This document shows, in pieces, positions 38,826-48,161 of a stretch of DNA of 63,254 nucleotides. Positions within the stretch are counted from its first letter, which is position 1. Each line of letters opens with the position of its first letter. The position numbers were made by a program, and so were the translations under genes. Under the pieces are notes generated by a model, which was not told the origin of the DNA, searched no databases, and worked only from the letters and a program-made list of their open reading frames with translations. Source of the stretch: a virus (lineage: Duplodnaviria > Caudoviricetes); the IMG/VR virus record IMGVR_UViG_3300049144_000047, positions 1-63,254 of that record; one strand, given 5' to 3'.

Positions 38826-39262
38826 GCCTGTACCTGATCCCCAAGCTCAAGGGCAACGGCGGCCGGCGCGCGGTCGACAAGGTCGCCGAGTTGCGGGCCG
38901 AGAACCGCAAGCTCCTCACCCGGCAGATGGCCGCCGACGACTTCTTCGCCCTCCTCGCCAACGACGTCGCCGACGCCAACTCGGCCTGGGCGCACGAGAA
39001 GGAGCGGCGCCGGCTCGCCGAAACGGAACTGGCGCAGGCCGAAGCCGCCGTCCGGCTGCGAGACAAGGTCATCGCCGACCTGAAGCGCAAGGTCGACGTC
39101 GGCGTCAAGGCCGAGCACGTCATCGCCAAGACGCAGGAGATCGACCCCGAGCAGGTCCGCCGCTACTGCGTCAAGCCCCTGCACCAGTCGCCGCTCGCCG
39201 TGACCGACCCCGGCCGTGTGCCGCCGTCGTGGGCCGCAACCGACGAACCGGCCGCCACCTGA
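38822..39262 (+). CDS. Coiled-coil hypothetical protein
   Basis: GTGA coupling. Confidence 0.6.
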   Translation: MSLYLIPKLKGNGGRRAVDKVAELRAENRKLLTRQMAADDFFALLANDVADANSAWAHEKERRRLAETELAQAEAAVRLRDKVIADLKRKVDVGVKAEHVIAKTQEIDPEQVRRYCVKPLHQSPLAVTDPGRVPPSWAATDEPAAT

Positions 39263-39365
39263 TCTCGCCGCCGCGCCGGATGAGACCGGCCGGCGCAGCG
39301 GCGGCCAAGAAGAAACCCCCGGATGTCTGTAGCACCCGGGGATTCGCCACCGAGTATCCCAGGAG

Positions 39366-40424
39366 ATGACCTTGTCCGTCACCATCAACGCCCACCAGCT
39401 CGGTCGACTCATCGACAAGACGATCGGCCACATGGGCTCCGAGTACGTCGAGCCGCTGCACGGCATCCGCCTCGACGCCGACGCCAAGTACCTGTACGCG
39501 GTCGCATCCGACCGGTACACGATCGCCGTCGCCCGCTACCAGCTCAACCACGGCGACCAGCAGCAGGAACCGTGGGCGCGCACCATCCCCGCCGAATACC
39601 TGCGATCGATCCGCGAGTGGATCCAGAGCATGAAGGGCGCCGGGCTCATCACCATCAGCACCGCCAAGGAACGCCTCGTCTTCGAGGGCCCGCAGACCGA
39701 CCTCAGCATCGCCGTCAGCACGAGCCTGGAGTTCCCGGACTGGCGGGGCCTGCTCCGCGGCATGCTGGAGAACACCACCGAGGGCGAGCTGTTCCCCTGT
39801 CTCAACTCCGGCTACCTGTCCCGGTTCAACACCGGAGACATCCTCCGTGTCCGGTTCACCGCCGACCAGAAGCCCGCCCTCGTCTTCTCTGAGGACTTCA
39901 TCGGCGCCCTGATGCCCGCCCGCCACTCCGGGATCTACCCGTGCAAGGAGGAGTCGTTCGAGGGCGCCCACAAGTCGTGGCTGTGGACTCTCGCCGCCGG
40001 GGCCAAGGACGCCAGCCTGGACGGCGCCGCCTACGAGGAAGATCGGCCCCTCTACGACGTCACCGCCGACATCCGCGAGACCGGCGAGAGCCTGCTCCAG
40101 CAGACGCTGCGCTCGGGCTGGGACATGCGCGGCAAGTCGAAGGAGAAGCCGGACGAGTTCCTGGCTCACTGCCTGGCTGCGGTCAACGGATGGATGTCCT
40201 TCCGCTACCTCGACGCTCTGTACAACGTCGACCCGCGCGCGGCGGCCAGCATCGTCGCGGAGGTCGCCGACGAGCTCGACTCGGGCGAGATCGGCGAGTT
40301 CGCGGGGGACGCCGCCAAGGCCGCCGGCTTCGACCCGGACAAGTGGCACGACGAGTACGAGGCCCACAAGAAGAAGCTCGCCGAGAAGCAGAAGTCCGCC
40401 GAGCCGGCCGACGCCACCGCCTGA
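39366..40424 (+). CDS. DNA polymerase III beta-clamp-like protein with C-terminal extension
   Basis: AVASDRYTIAV, FPDWRGLL, GALMP. Confidence 0.6.
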   Translation: MTLSVTINAHQLGRLIDKTIGHMGSEYVEPLHGIRLDADAKYLYAVASDRYTIAVARYQLNHGDQQQEPWARTIPAEYLRSIREWIQSMKGAGLITISTAKERLVFEGPQTDLSIAVSTSLEFPDWRGLLRGMLENTTEGELFPCLNSGYLSRFNTGDILRVRFTADQKPALVFSEDFIGALMPARHSGIYPCKEESFEGAHKSWLWTLAAGAKDASLDGAAYEEDRPLYDVTADIRETGESLLQQTLRSGWDMRGKSKEKPDEFLAHCLAAVNGWMSFRYLDALYNVDPRAAASIVAEVADELDSGEIGEFAGDAAKAAGFDPDKWHDEYEAHKKKLAEKQKSAEPADATA

Positions 40425-40587
40425 CCAACACCCCACAGCCCGCCGCATGGCGCCTTCCCCCCTCGCGCCGCGGCTTCCGAAGGGTCCCGCTCCCCGACCC
40501 TCCCCCAAGCCGGGGAGCGGGACCTGCCACCCAGCACACCCATTTCGCGCACAACACGCAGCTCAGAAGCGAACAGGAGCACCACCA

Positions 40588-41721
40588 GTGAGCACCGAAC
40601 TCGTCAAGGCCGAGCCGGCCGCCACACCTCAGCGCGGGGGCGCGCTGTCCCTCGCCCACATGTCGCCGCAAGAAGCCTGGCGCTTCTCCGAGGCCCTCGC
40701 CGGCGCCTCGCTCCTCCCGCAGGAGTACCGCAACAACGCCAGCTCCGTCCTGTGGGCCATGGAGTACGGCCGGGCCCTCGGCCTGGACGTCGTCACCACC
40801 ATCACCACCATCCACGTCATCAAGGGCAAACCCACCCAGTCCGCCGACCTGATGCTGTCCCGCACCCGCGAAGCCGGACACAAGGTCCGCATCCGGCAGG
40901 AGCCCGGAAGCTGCACCGTCAGCATCTGGCGGCACGACGACCCGGACTTCGAGAACGTCATCACCTGGACCTACGACGACGCCGTCACCGCCGGACTGTG
41001 CGAGATGCGCAACAACCGGCCCTACTCCCGCAGCTCGAAGGGCGAGAAGCAGAACTGGGAGAAGTACCCGCGGGCCATGCTGCGGGCCCGCGCCATCTCC
41101 GAGTGCGTGCGCTCCGCGTGCCCCGAGGTGCTGCACGGAGCCATCTACACGGCCGAGGAACTCGGCGCCCGCGTCGACGACGCCGGTATCCCGCTCGAGG
41201 CCGAGGTGCAGCAGCTGCGCCGTGTCGAGCCCGGACAGGCAGACCAGTGGACAACCCCGTCTCCGGAGACGCCCGCCGCGCAGTGGGTCGAAGACGCAGT
41301 GCGCATCAGCACGGACGCGGAGAAGGCCACCGACCCGGCAAAGATCCGCGACCTGTACCGCGAGGCCAACGGGCTCGGCCTCCTCGCGGCCACCGTGCTG
41401 GCGAAGCTCGGCGGCGCAGAGAAGTCGATGGAGCTGGGCGCCTTCCTGGTCGCCCGAGGCGAAGAGCTCGCGGCCAAGCCGACTACCACAAGCGGCGAGG
41501 AGACGACTCCCGGCGAGGACAACGAGGTGGTCGACGCAACGATCGTCGACGCGCCCGAGGACGAGCACGCCGCCGCGGTCAACGAACTCCGCGCCGCAGC
41601 AGAAGCAGCCCGCCTCGAGGACTTCGAGAACGGCGCCGCTATGGCCCTTGGAATGCCCATCGAGCAGGCCAGCGCCGACGCCATCCGCACCCTCGCCGCC
41701 CAGATCCGCCCTGCCGCATAA
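40588..41721 (+). CDS. RecT-like ssDNA annealing recombinase
   Basis: IHVIKGKP, NWEKYPRAMLRARA..PEVLHGAIY. Confidence 0.75.
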   Translation: MSTELVKAEPAATPQRGGALSLAHMSPQEAWRFSEALAGASLLPQEYRNNASSVLWAMEYGRALGLDVVTTITTIHVIKGKPTQSADLMLSRTREAGHKVRIRQEPGSCTVSIWRHDDPDFENVITWTYDDAVTAGLCEMRNNRPYSRSSKGEKQNWEKYPRAMLRARAISECVRSACPEVLHGAIYTAEELGARVDDAGIPLEAEVQQLRRVEPGQADQWTTPSPETPAAQWVEDAVRISTDAEKATDPAKIRDLYREANGLGLLAATVLAKLGGAEKSMELGAFLVARGEELAAKPTTTSGEETTPGEDNEVVDATIVDAPEDEHAAAVNELRAAAEAARLEDFENGAAMALGMPIEQASADAIRTLAAQIRPAA

Positions 41722-41790
41722 CCCGCACACGCAACGGGCCGCCCGCGGGCAGTGCGGGCGGCCCACCCACCAGCAAACCACGGAGAACCG

Positions 41791-42309
41791 ATGGACATCG
41801 CACAACTCGCGCTCGAGGAGGCCGCCCTCAAGGCCCTCGCCGACACCGTCAACGACCGCCTGAAGGAGGTGAAGAACGCCATGCAGGAACAGCTCGTCGG
41901 CAACGGCATCTCCAAGGTCACCGCCTCCCTACCGGACGGAACGAAGGTCGCCACCATCAGCCGCTCCGACGCCAAGCCTGCCGCGGTCGTCATCGACGAC
42001 GAAGCCTTCCTCGCCTTCGTCCGCAGCATCGCCCCCGGCGAGGTGAGCACCCGCCTCGTCACCGAAGTCCGGCCCGCCTACCGCACCACGCTCCTCGCCC
42101 AGATGACTGCGGCCGGCGTCGCCCGCATCGTCGACACCGAGACCGGCGAACTCCACGACGTCCCCGGCGTCGAGGTCAAGGCCACCCGGGCGCTCACCCA
42201 CTCCGTGCGGCCCATCACGGGCGGCAAGGAAGCCATCGCCGAAGCCTGGCGTACCGGCCAGCTCGCCCACCTCAACCTCCTCCAGATCGAGGCCGGTGAG
42301 GCGTCGTGA
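41791..42309 (+). CDS. Hypothetical protein (possible Gam/Gp157-like)
   Basis: DTETGELHDVPGV; between recombinase and exonuclease. Confidence 0.5.
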   Translation: MDIAQLALEEAALKALADTVNDRLKEVKNAMQEQLVGNGISKVTASLPDGTKVATISRSDAKPAAVVIDDEAFLAFVRSIAPGEVSTRLVTEVRPAYRTTLLAQMTAAGVARIVDTETGELHDVPGVEVKATRALTHSVRPITGGKEAIAEAWRTGQLAHLNLLQIEAGEAS

Positions 42310-43250
42310 GCTGGCACACCGAACCCCTCCTCGGCTTCGATCTGGAGACGACGGGCGTCAACGTCGAGACCGCGCGCATCGTCACCGCCGCCGCCGTCGA
42401 CTACAAGCCGGGAGACAGCCTCGACACCCTCCCGGACCGGGCCCGCCTGTGGCTGGCCAACCCGGGCGTCCGCATCCCCGACGAAGCCACCGCCGTCCAC
42501 GGCGTCACCACCGAGCAGGCCCGCGCCAACGGCCGGCCCGCCGCGCAGGTAGCCGACGAGATCGCCGACGTCCTCGCCGCAGCCCTCTCCACCGGCATCC
42601 CCGTCGTCGCCATGAACGGCCGCTACGACTTCACCGTCCTCGACCGCGAGCTCCGCCGCTACGAACTGCGCACCCTGCAGCAGCGGCTCGACAGCGAGAC
42701 GTCGCCCGGCCCGGTCATCGACCCGTTCATCCTCGACAAGCAGGCCGACAAGTACCGGCGTGGCTCCCGCAAGCTCGATGCCCTCGCCGTCCACTACGGC
42801 GTCACCCTGGCCGCCGCGCACCGCGCGGACGCCGACGCGCTCGCCGCCGTCGAGGTGGCCGTCGCCATCGGCGAGAAGTTCCCGCAGCTCCAAGTGCACC
42901 CGCAGCAGCTGCACGTGTGGCAGATCCGGTGGGCGGCCGAGCAAGCGGCCGGCTTTCAGCAGTACCTGCGGAAGACGGACCCCTACGCGGTGATCGACGG
43001 CGAGTGGCCACTTGTGCCGCTGACCGAGGAGCGGAGGCTTCGGGCGGCCATCGCCGATCTCGCCGAGCGCTGGGCTCCGCTGGGTCTCTGCTCCGACGAC
43101 GCGCCCGCAATGGCGCACGGCCGCGCCCACGCGTACCGCAAGGCCGCCGCCGACGTCCGCGAAGTCCTCTGCACCGGCCGACTGCCCCACGACCTGATGA
43201 CCGACGCCGAACTGCAGCAGCACGGCACGCCCGAGGAGGCGGCCCGATGA
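42306..43250 (+). CDS. DnaQ-like 3'-5' exonuclease (DEDDh)
   Basis: FDLETTG, NGRYD, AHRADADA. Confidence 0.88.
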   Translation: MSWHTEPLLGFDLETTGVNVETARIVTAAAVDYKPGDSLDTLPDRARLWLANPGVRIPDEATAVHGVTTEQARANGRPAAQVADEIADVLAAALSTGIPVVAMNGRYDFTVLDRELRRYELRTLQQRLDSETSPGPVIDPFILDKQADKYRRGSRKLDALAVHYGVTLAAAHRADADALAAVEVAVAIGEKFPQLQVHPQQLHVWQIRWAAEQAAGFQQYLRKTDPYAVIDGEWPLVPLTEERRLRAAIADLAERWAPLGLCSDDAPAMAHGRAHAYRKAAADVREVLCTGRLPHDLMTDAELQQHGTPEEAAR

Positions 43251-43726
43251 GCGCCTCGTACACCGAAGACGACCTTCGTCGTGAGGCCGCCCGGCAGTAC
43301 GCCGAAGCCCTCCGCAGCCCCGACCTCCTTGAGGTCGGCGACGAAATGCGGGACACCCCGATCCCGTCCGCCGCCGTCGAGCAGGAGTCCGAGACCGGCC
43401 TCACCTGGGGCCACCTCTCCTACGACGACTTCCAGGACGCCCGCAACGAAGTCCAGGAACTCCTCGACAGCGCCGTCGACATGTCGGCCTGGTCCGTGAA
43501 CCTCGGCGCCCGCTACCTCAAGACGACCACCGAGCTCGCCTGGGGGCGCGGCGGAGACGCCTGGGATCTCGCCGTCCAGATCGCCCACCGGCCCGGCCTC
43601 TCGACGGAACTCCGCGACGCGCTCACCGAGGCCATCCGAGGCTCCGTGAACCTCGTCCTCGACAACCGCGGCATCAACGACACCCACCTCCTGCGCCAAG
43701 CCACCACCGAGGAGGCCGCCCGATGA
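43247..43726 (+). CDS. Hypothetical protein
   Basis: Coupled ORF. Confidence 0.6.
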   Translation: MSASYTEDDLRREAARQYAEALRSPDLLEVGDEMRDTPIPSAAVEQESETGLTWGHLSYDDFQDARNEVQELLDSAVDMSAWSVNLGARYLKTTTELAWGRGGDAWDLAVQIAHRPGLSTELRDALTEAIRGSVNLVLDNRGINDTHLLRQATTEEAAR

Positions 43727-44121
43727 AGGCACTCACCGTGCGCCAGCCGTGGGCGGGCGCGATCGCCCACCAGACGAAGCGCGTCGAGAACCGCTCCTGG
43801 AAGCTCCCCGCGAAGCATGAGGGTGCCCGCATCCTCATCCACGCCGGCGCCCAGCCCGACCGCGACGCGCAGGTGTATGGGGACCGCCTCGACGTGTACT
43901 CCGCGGTCGTCGCCGTCGCCACCCTGGCCGGCTGCCACTTCGACAACGGCAACCAGGTCTGCTGCAGCTACTGGGCCCAGCCGGGCTTCTACCACTGGGA
44001 GCTCGCCGACGTCGTCGCCCTGCCCGAGCCGGTCGCCGCCAAGGGCGCGCTCGGTTTCTGGACGCCCGACGAGGAGACCGTCAACGCCGCGCTCCGGCAG
44101 GACACGGGGGTGGCGTGGTGA
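43723..44121 (+). CDS. ASCH domain protein
   Basis: ALTVRQPWA..KRVENRSW..IHAG. Confidence 0.85.
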   Translation: MKALTVRQPWAGAIAHQTKRVENRSWKLPAKHEGARILIHAGAQPDRDAQVYGDRLDVYSAVVAVATLAGCHFDNGNQVCCSYWAQPGFYHWELADVVALPEPVAAKGALGFWTPDEETVNAALRQDTGVAW

Positions 44122-44507
44122 GTCCGGTCCGTATCCAGCGCCGCCGCACCAAGGGGTGGCGTGCGCCCGAGCACGCCGTCTACGTCGGACGGCCCACCCG
44201 CTTCGGCAACCCCGCCCGCATCCTCCCCGCCGGAGACCACCGCAACGGCCTCATCGTCCAGTGGGGCACCAACGGTGGCGTCGTCGGGACCTGGCCCGCC
44301 GACGGACTCGACGCCCGCCGCTACGCCACCGAGCTCTACCAGTCGTGGATCAACCAGCCCGAACAGGCCGACACTCTGCGCCTGTTCCGCGCACTCCTCC
44401 ACGGCCGCGACCTCACCTGCTGGTGCCCGCTCCCCGCCCCCGGGCAGCCCGACCACTGCCACGCCGCCGTCCTGCTGAAGCTCGCGAACGAGGAGTCCGC
44501 CTCATGA
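44118..44507 (+). CDS. DUF4326 family protein
   Basis: VYVGRPTRFGNP, LTCWC..CHAAVL. Confidence 0.8.
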   Translation: MSPVRIQRRRTKGWRAPEHAVYVGRPTRFGNPARILPAGDHRNGLIVQWGTNGGVVGTWPADGLDARRYATELYQSWINQPEQADTLRLFRALLHGRDLTCWCPLPAPGQPDHCHAAVLLKLANEESAS

Positions 44508-44833
44508 CCGCGACTGTGCAGCCCGCCCTCGACGGCAGCGTGCCCATGTCCCGCACTCAGCAGCGCATCGACGACTACGAGACCTGGGTCGAACTGGTCC
44601 GCCCCACGTTCGTCGAGGTCGCCAAGACGGGTCAGCCGTTCCTGTTCTGGAAGGTCGCCCGCGAACACGAACTCCCCGACCCCCCGGATAGGGACCACGA
44701 CTGGGGGCGGTTCGCCGCCAGCCTCCACAAAGACGGCGTGATCCGCACCAACGGCTACGGCCATACCCGCGACAAGTCCTCCGTCCGCCGCTGGCGCGGC
44801 ACTGTCGCCGCGATGAAGGGGCTGGTCGCGTGA
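44504..44833 (+). CDS. Hypothetical protein
   Basis: Coupled ORF. Confidence 0.6.
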   Translation: MTATVQPALDGSVPMSRTQQRIDDYETWVELVRPTFVEVAKTGQPFLFWKVAREHELPDPPDRDHDWGRFAASLHKDGVIRTNGYGHTRDKSSVRRWRGTVAAMKGLVA

Positions 44834-44933
44834 TGGACCACTCCGCCGCCCTGTTCCTCCTCGTCGTCGCAGGGCTCACCGGTGTCGCCGCCGTCGTGTT
44901 CGCGCTCATCGTCCGGCCCGCGAGGAGGCGGAC

Positions 44934-45164
44934 GTGAACGCCTTCACCAACTGGTGCACCAACCAGCTCGCCACCTACGGCTGGGGCCCCATCCTCGCCG
45001 TGCTGGCCGCCGCGACCGCCGCCTTCGCCCACGGACTCGCCGCCGCCATCGACTGGATCGACGACCAGCACCAGGCCCGGCTCGAACTCCGCAACGGCAT
45101 CCGCGCCGCCGAACGCCACGCCAACCACCCCGCCAACCGGCAGCACCGGAAGGAGAAGCCGTGA
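44934..45164 (+). CDS. Small membrane protein
   Basis: One TM; RBS ggagg. Confidence 0.55.
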   Translation: MNAFTNWCTNQLATYGWGPILAVLAAATAAFAHGLAAAIDWIDDQHQARLELRNGIRAAERHANHPANRQHRKEKP

Positions 45165-45967
45165 CCACCGCCGTCCACGCACCGTCCCGCAACTGCTACC
45201 TCCAAGGCTGCGACAGCCCCGAGTGCGAGCAGGCCAACTACCGGTACATGAGCGCCCTCCGCCTCGACCACAGCCGTGGCATCCGCCGGCTCCGCGACGC
45301 CACACCTGTCCTCGAACACGTGCAGCGGCTCACCGCCAACGGCTGGATCGTCCGGCAGATCTCGGAAGCCAGCGGCGTATCCATGTCCGCGATCCGCTAC
45401 GTCCTCGACGGGCAGCCCACCATCAGCCGGGACCGGGCCCACGCCATCCTCAACATCCCCATCGGACCCCCGCCCGCCGACCCGAACGTCACGGATGTCA
45501 CCGGAACAGTCCGACGCCTGCGCGCGCTCGCCTGCCTCGGCCACACCCTCGACAGCATCGGCGCCGAAATCAACATCAGCCGGTGGCGGCTCGGCCGCAT
45601 CATCACCGGCCACTTCATCGAGATCGACGCCCAGACCGCAGAGAAGATCGCCCAGGTCTACCGGCGCCTGTCGACATTCCGCGCCGACAACCCGCACACC
45701 GTCCGCCGGGCCCGCAACCAGGGCTGGCACGGCCCGCTCGCCTGGGACGACATCGACGATCCGGCCTGCGAGCCCGAGACCCTCACCGCCAGCGTCAACG
45801 TCAGCAAGTCCAGCCGGAAGCCGAAGGTGTACGCCGACCCGGCCCGCGTCGCCCGCCTCACTGCGGAAGGACTCTCCGCCGAGCAGATCGCCCAACGGAT
45901 CGGCTGCCACAAGCGGACCGTCGTCCGCGCCCGCGGCCGGGCCACAGACATGGTGGTCGCCGCATGA
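45161..45967 (+). CDS. Multi-HTH DNA-binding protein
   Basis: N-terminal Cys motif, GTVRRLRALA, PLAWDDIDDP, C-terminal HTH. Confidence 0.7.
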   Translation: MTTAVHAPSRNCYLQGCDSPECEQANYRYMSALRLDHSRGIRRLRDATPVLEHVQRLTANGWIVRQISEASGVSMSAIRYVLDGQPTISRDRAHAILNIPIGPPPADPNVTDVTGTVRRLRALACLGHTLDSIGAEINISRWRLGRIITGHFIEIDAQTAEKIAQVYRRLSTFRADNPHTVRRARNQGWHGPLAWDDIDDPACEPETLTASVNVSKSSRKPKVYADPARVARLTAEGLSAEQIAQRIGCHKRTVVRARGRATDMVVAA

Positions 45968-46221
45968 CCGCCGACCGCTACGCGTGGATGGACGCCGCCC
46001 TGTGCGCCCAAGCCGACCCCGACGCCTGGCACCCCGACGGCAAAGGCGCCAAATACGGGCCCGCCAAAACCATCTGCGGACACTGCCCCGTCCAGGCCGA
46101 CTGCGACGCCCACGCCGACAACCTGCACGCCTACGACGGCCTCGCCATGAACGGCATGTGGGCCGGACACAGCAAGAAACAACGCGAAGACCAGCGACGC
46201 GAGATGGGAGAAGCCGCGTGA
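45964..46221 (+). CDS. WhiB-family transcription factor
   Basis: C..AKTICGHCPV..C..GMWAG. Confidence 0.88.
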   Translation: MTADRYAWMDAALCAQADPDAWHPDGKGAKYGPAKTICGHCPVQADCDAHADNLHAYDGLAMNGMWAGHSKKQREDQRREMGEAA

Positions 46222-47576
46222 GCCTCCGCATCGGCTCCCTCTTCACCGGCACTGGTGCCCTCGACCTGGCCGTCATGGACGTCTACGACGCCGAAGTTGT
46301 CTGGCACTCCCAGTACGAACCGCCAGACAAGAACGGCAAGGAAGACAAGAACCAGTACGCCGCCCGCATCCTCGCCCGGCACTGGCCCGACGTGCCGAAC
46401 CTCGGCGACATCACCAAAGTCGACTGGCACGTCGTCATCGAGGAGCACGGGCCGATCGACATCCTCACCGGCGGCTTCCCCTGCCAGGACGTGTCCTCCG
46501 CGGGCCGTCGGGTCGGCCTTGCGCCCGACTCCCGCTCCGGGCTGTGGACCCACATGGCCCGTGCCGTCGCCATCCTCAAACCCCGATTGGTGATCATCGA
46601 AAATGTCGAAGGGCTCCTCTCAGCGCCGGCTGCCAGCGACATGGAACCCTGCCCGTACTGCGTGGGAGACCGACACTCTGGGCCTCTACTGCGGGCATGC
46701 GGAGCCGTACTTGGCGACCTGGCCACCCTCGGGCTCGATGCGGAATGGGGTCGCTACGGAGCGGACGAAGTCGGTGCCCCGCACCGCCGCCGCCGCATCA
46801 TCATCCGAGCCTGGCCGACTCATGCCGACCCCGCGGACCTCGGACACGAACGGGGCTGGGACGCACGGCGACGGGGGCATGGATTTGCGGACGGCGGTGT
46901 CGCTGCTGCCGACTCCGATGGCTGGCGATTCGAAGGGCACCAGGAACGCGACGGCGAGCCGGAAGCGGGAGAACCCGAACGTGAACGCGGGCTGGACCCT
47001 GTCGGACGTGATCTACGACGGGCGGCTGTCGAACCCGCCTGCCCCACCTGCGGATGCGGCGAGTGGATGCACGACGCCGGAGGATTCTGCGCCGGATGCC
47101 GCAACTGCACCGACCCCGAACTCGGACGGCCCGATGAAGCTGATGCCGACACCTCGGGCGACCGAAGGCACGAAGGGCGGCCCGAACCAGCGAGGCAGCA
47201 AGGGCGACCTGATGCTGCCGAGCCTGGCGGCGCAACTCCTGCCCACACCGACAGCGTCGGATGCCGAACGGACGTCCTCGACCTACGGCCGGGGCAACCC
47301 GACCTTGACTGGGGCGATTACGGACCCGCCATCCGTCGGTGGGAACGCATCCTCGGACGACCAGCCCCCTGGCCCACCGACGCTCTGGGACGACTGAGCG
47401 CCGTCTTCACCGAATGGCTCATGGGCCTCCCCGACGGCTGGGTCACCGACACCCCAGGCCTCACCCGGGCCGCCATGCTCCGCGCCCTCGGCAACGGCGT
47501 CGTCCGCCAGCAGGCCGCCCACGCCATCCGCGACCTGCACCAGCGAACGGCAGCCAGCCAACGAGCCGCCGCGTGA
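46218..47576 (+). CDS. DNA (cytosine-5) methyltransferase
   Basis: SLFTGTG (I), GGFPCQD (IV), ENV (VI), HRRRR (VIII), EWLMG..LGNGV (IX/X). Confidence 0.9.
   Translation: MSLRIGSLFTGTGALDLAVMDVYDAEVVWHSQYEPPDKNGKEDKNQYAARILARHWPDVPNLGDITKVDWHVVIEEHGPIDILTGGFPCQDVSSAGRRVGLAPDSRSGLWTHMARAVAILKPRLVIIENVEGLLSAPAASDMEPCPYCVGDRHSGPLLRACGAVLGDLATLGLDAEWGRYGADEVGAPHRRRRIIIRAWPTHADPADLGHERGWDARRRGHGFADGGVAAADSDGWRFEGHQERDGEPEAGEPERERGLDPVGRDLRRAAVEPACPTCGCGEWMHDAGGFCAGCRNCTDPELGRPDEADADTSGDRRHEGRPEPARQQGRPDAAEPGGATPAHTDSVGCRTDVLDLRPGQPDLDWGDYGPAIRRWERILGRPAPWPTDALGRLSAVFTEWLMGLPDGWVTDTPGLTRAAMLRALGNGVVRQQAAHAIRDLHQRTAASQRAAA
46603..47397 (+). CDS. Nested +1-frame LPTP-repeat protein inside the methyltransferase
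   Basis: 264-aa ORF, four L(L/M)PTP repeats, GC3-rich codons in this frame. Confidence 0.65.
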   Translation: MSKGSSQRRLPATWNPARTAWETDTLGLYCGHAEPYLATWPPSGSMRNGVATERTKSVPRTAAAASSSEPGRLMPTPRTSDTNGAGTHGDGGMDLRTAVSLLPTPMAGDSKGTRNATASRKRENPNVNAGWTLSDVIYDGRLSNPPAPPADAASGCTTPEDSAPDAATAPTPNSDGPMKLMPTPRATEGTKGGPNQRGSKGDLMLPSLAAQLLPTPTASDAERTSSTYGRGNPTLTGAITDPPSVGGNASSDDQPPGPPTLWDD

Positions 47577-47705
47577 GCACCCCAGCCAGCCGGCCGCGCG
47601 CCGGACCGGACACGGGATTTGCGCACGCCGCAGCGACCCGCAAACGCCCTGTCACATCCCACGACAGGCACTGACCAGCCGAAACGCTAACCCGCACACG
47701 ACAAA

Positions 47706-47725
47706 GCCCCGCCGAAAGGCGGGGC
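47706..47725. terminator. Hairpin terminator
   Basis: gccccgcc-gaaa-ggcggggc. Confidence 0.6.
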
Positions 47726-47752
47726 CCGGAAGACGAAGGAGGAGAGATGAGT

Positions 47753-48004
47753 TCAGCCGCCGTGGTTCCGCAGCGCAGCGGTCATGTCCGTGTAGATGTC
47801 CGGCCAGTTCGCGCGTATGTAGGCGACGAGCTCGCGGTCGCTTTTCGCCTGCTCGTACCGCTTCACCGAGATGAGTACGGCCTGGGGCTTGTCGCGGCGG
47901 GTGAGCACAAAGTCGACGTCGAGCAGCCGCGCTTCGGAGATCACGTCGGTCATGTTGGCGCGGGCGTCGGAGACGCCGAGCTCGCGAACCTTCCTCTCAT
48001 CCAT
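47753..48004 (-). CDS. Orphan Phd/YefM-family antitoxin-like protein
   Basis: LGVSDARANMTDVI..LTRRDKPQAVLIS. Confidence 0.8.
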   Translation of the reverse strand: MDERKVRELGVSDARANMTDVISEARLLDVDFVLTRRDKPQAVLISVKRYEQAKSDRELVAYIRANWPDIYTDMTAALRNHGG

Positions 48005-48161
48005 GCGACCAGGATACACATGAGCCCTGTTGTAATCTCCGTCGCGTTGTACAATTCAGATGCGAGCGAACCCCCAGCACCACGGGCCACGCCGCCCCCA
48101 TGAGGGCTGCCTCAAAACAGCAACTGACCAGCAGAGACACCCTCCTGAGAGAAGAGATCAC

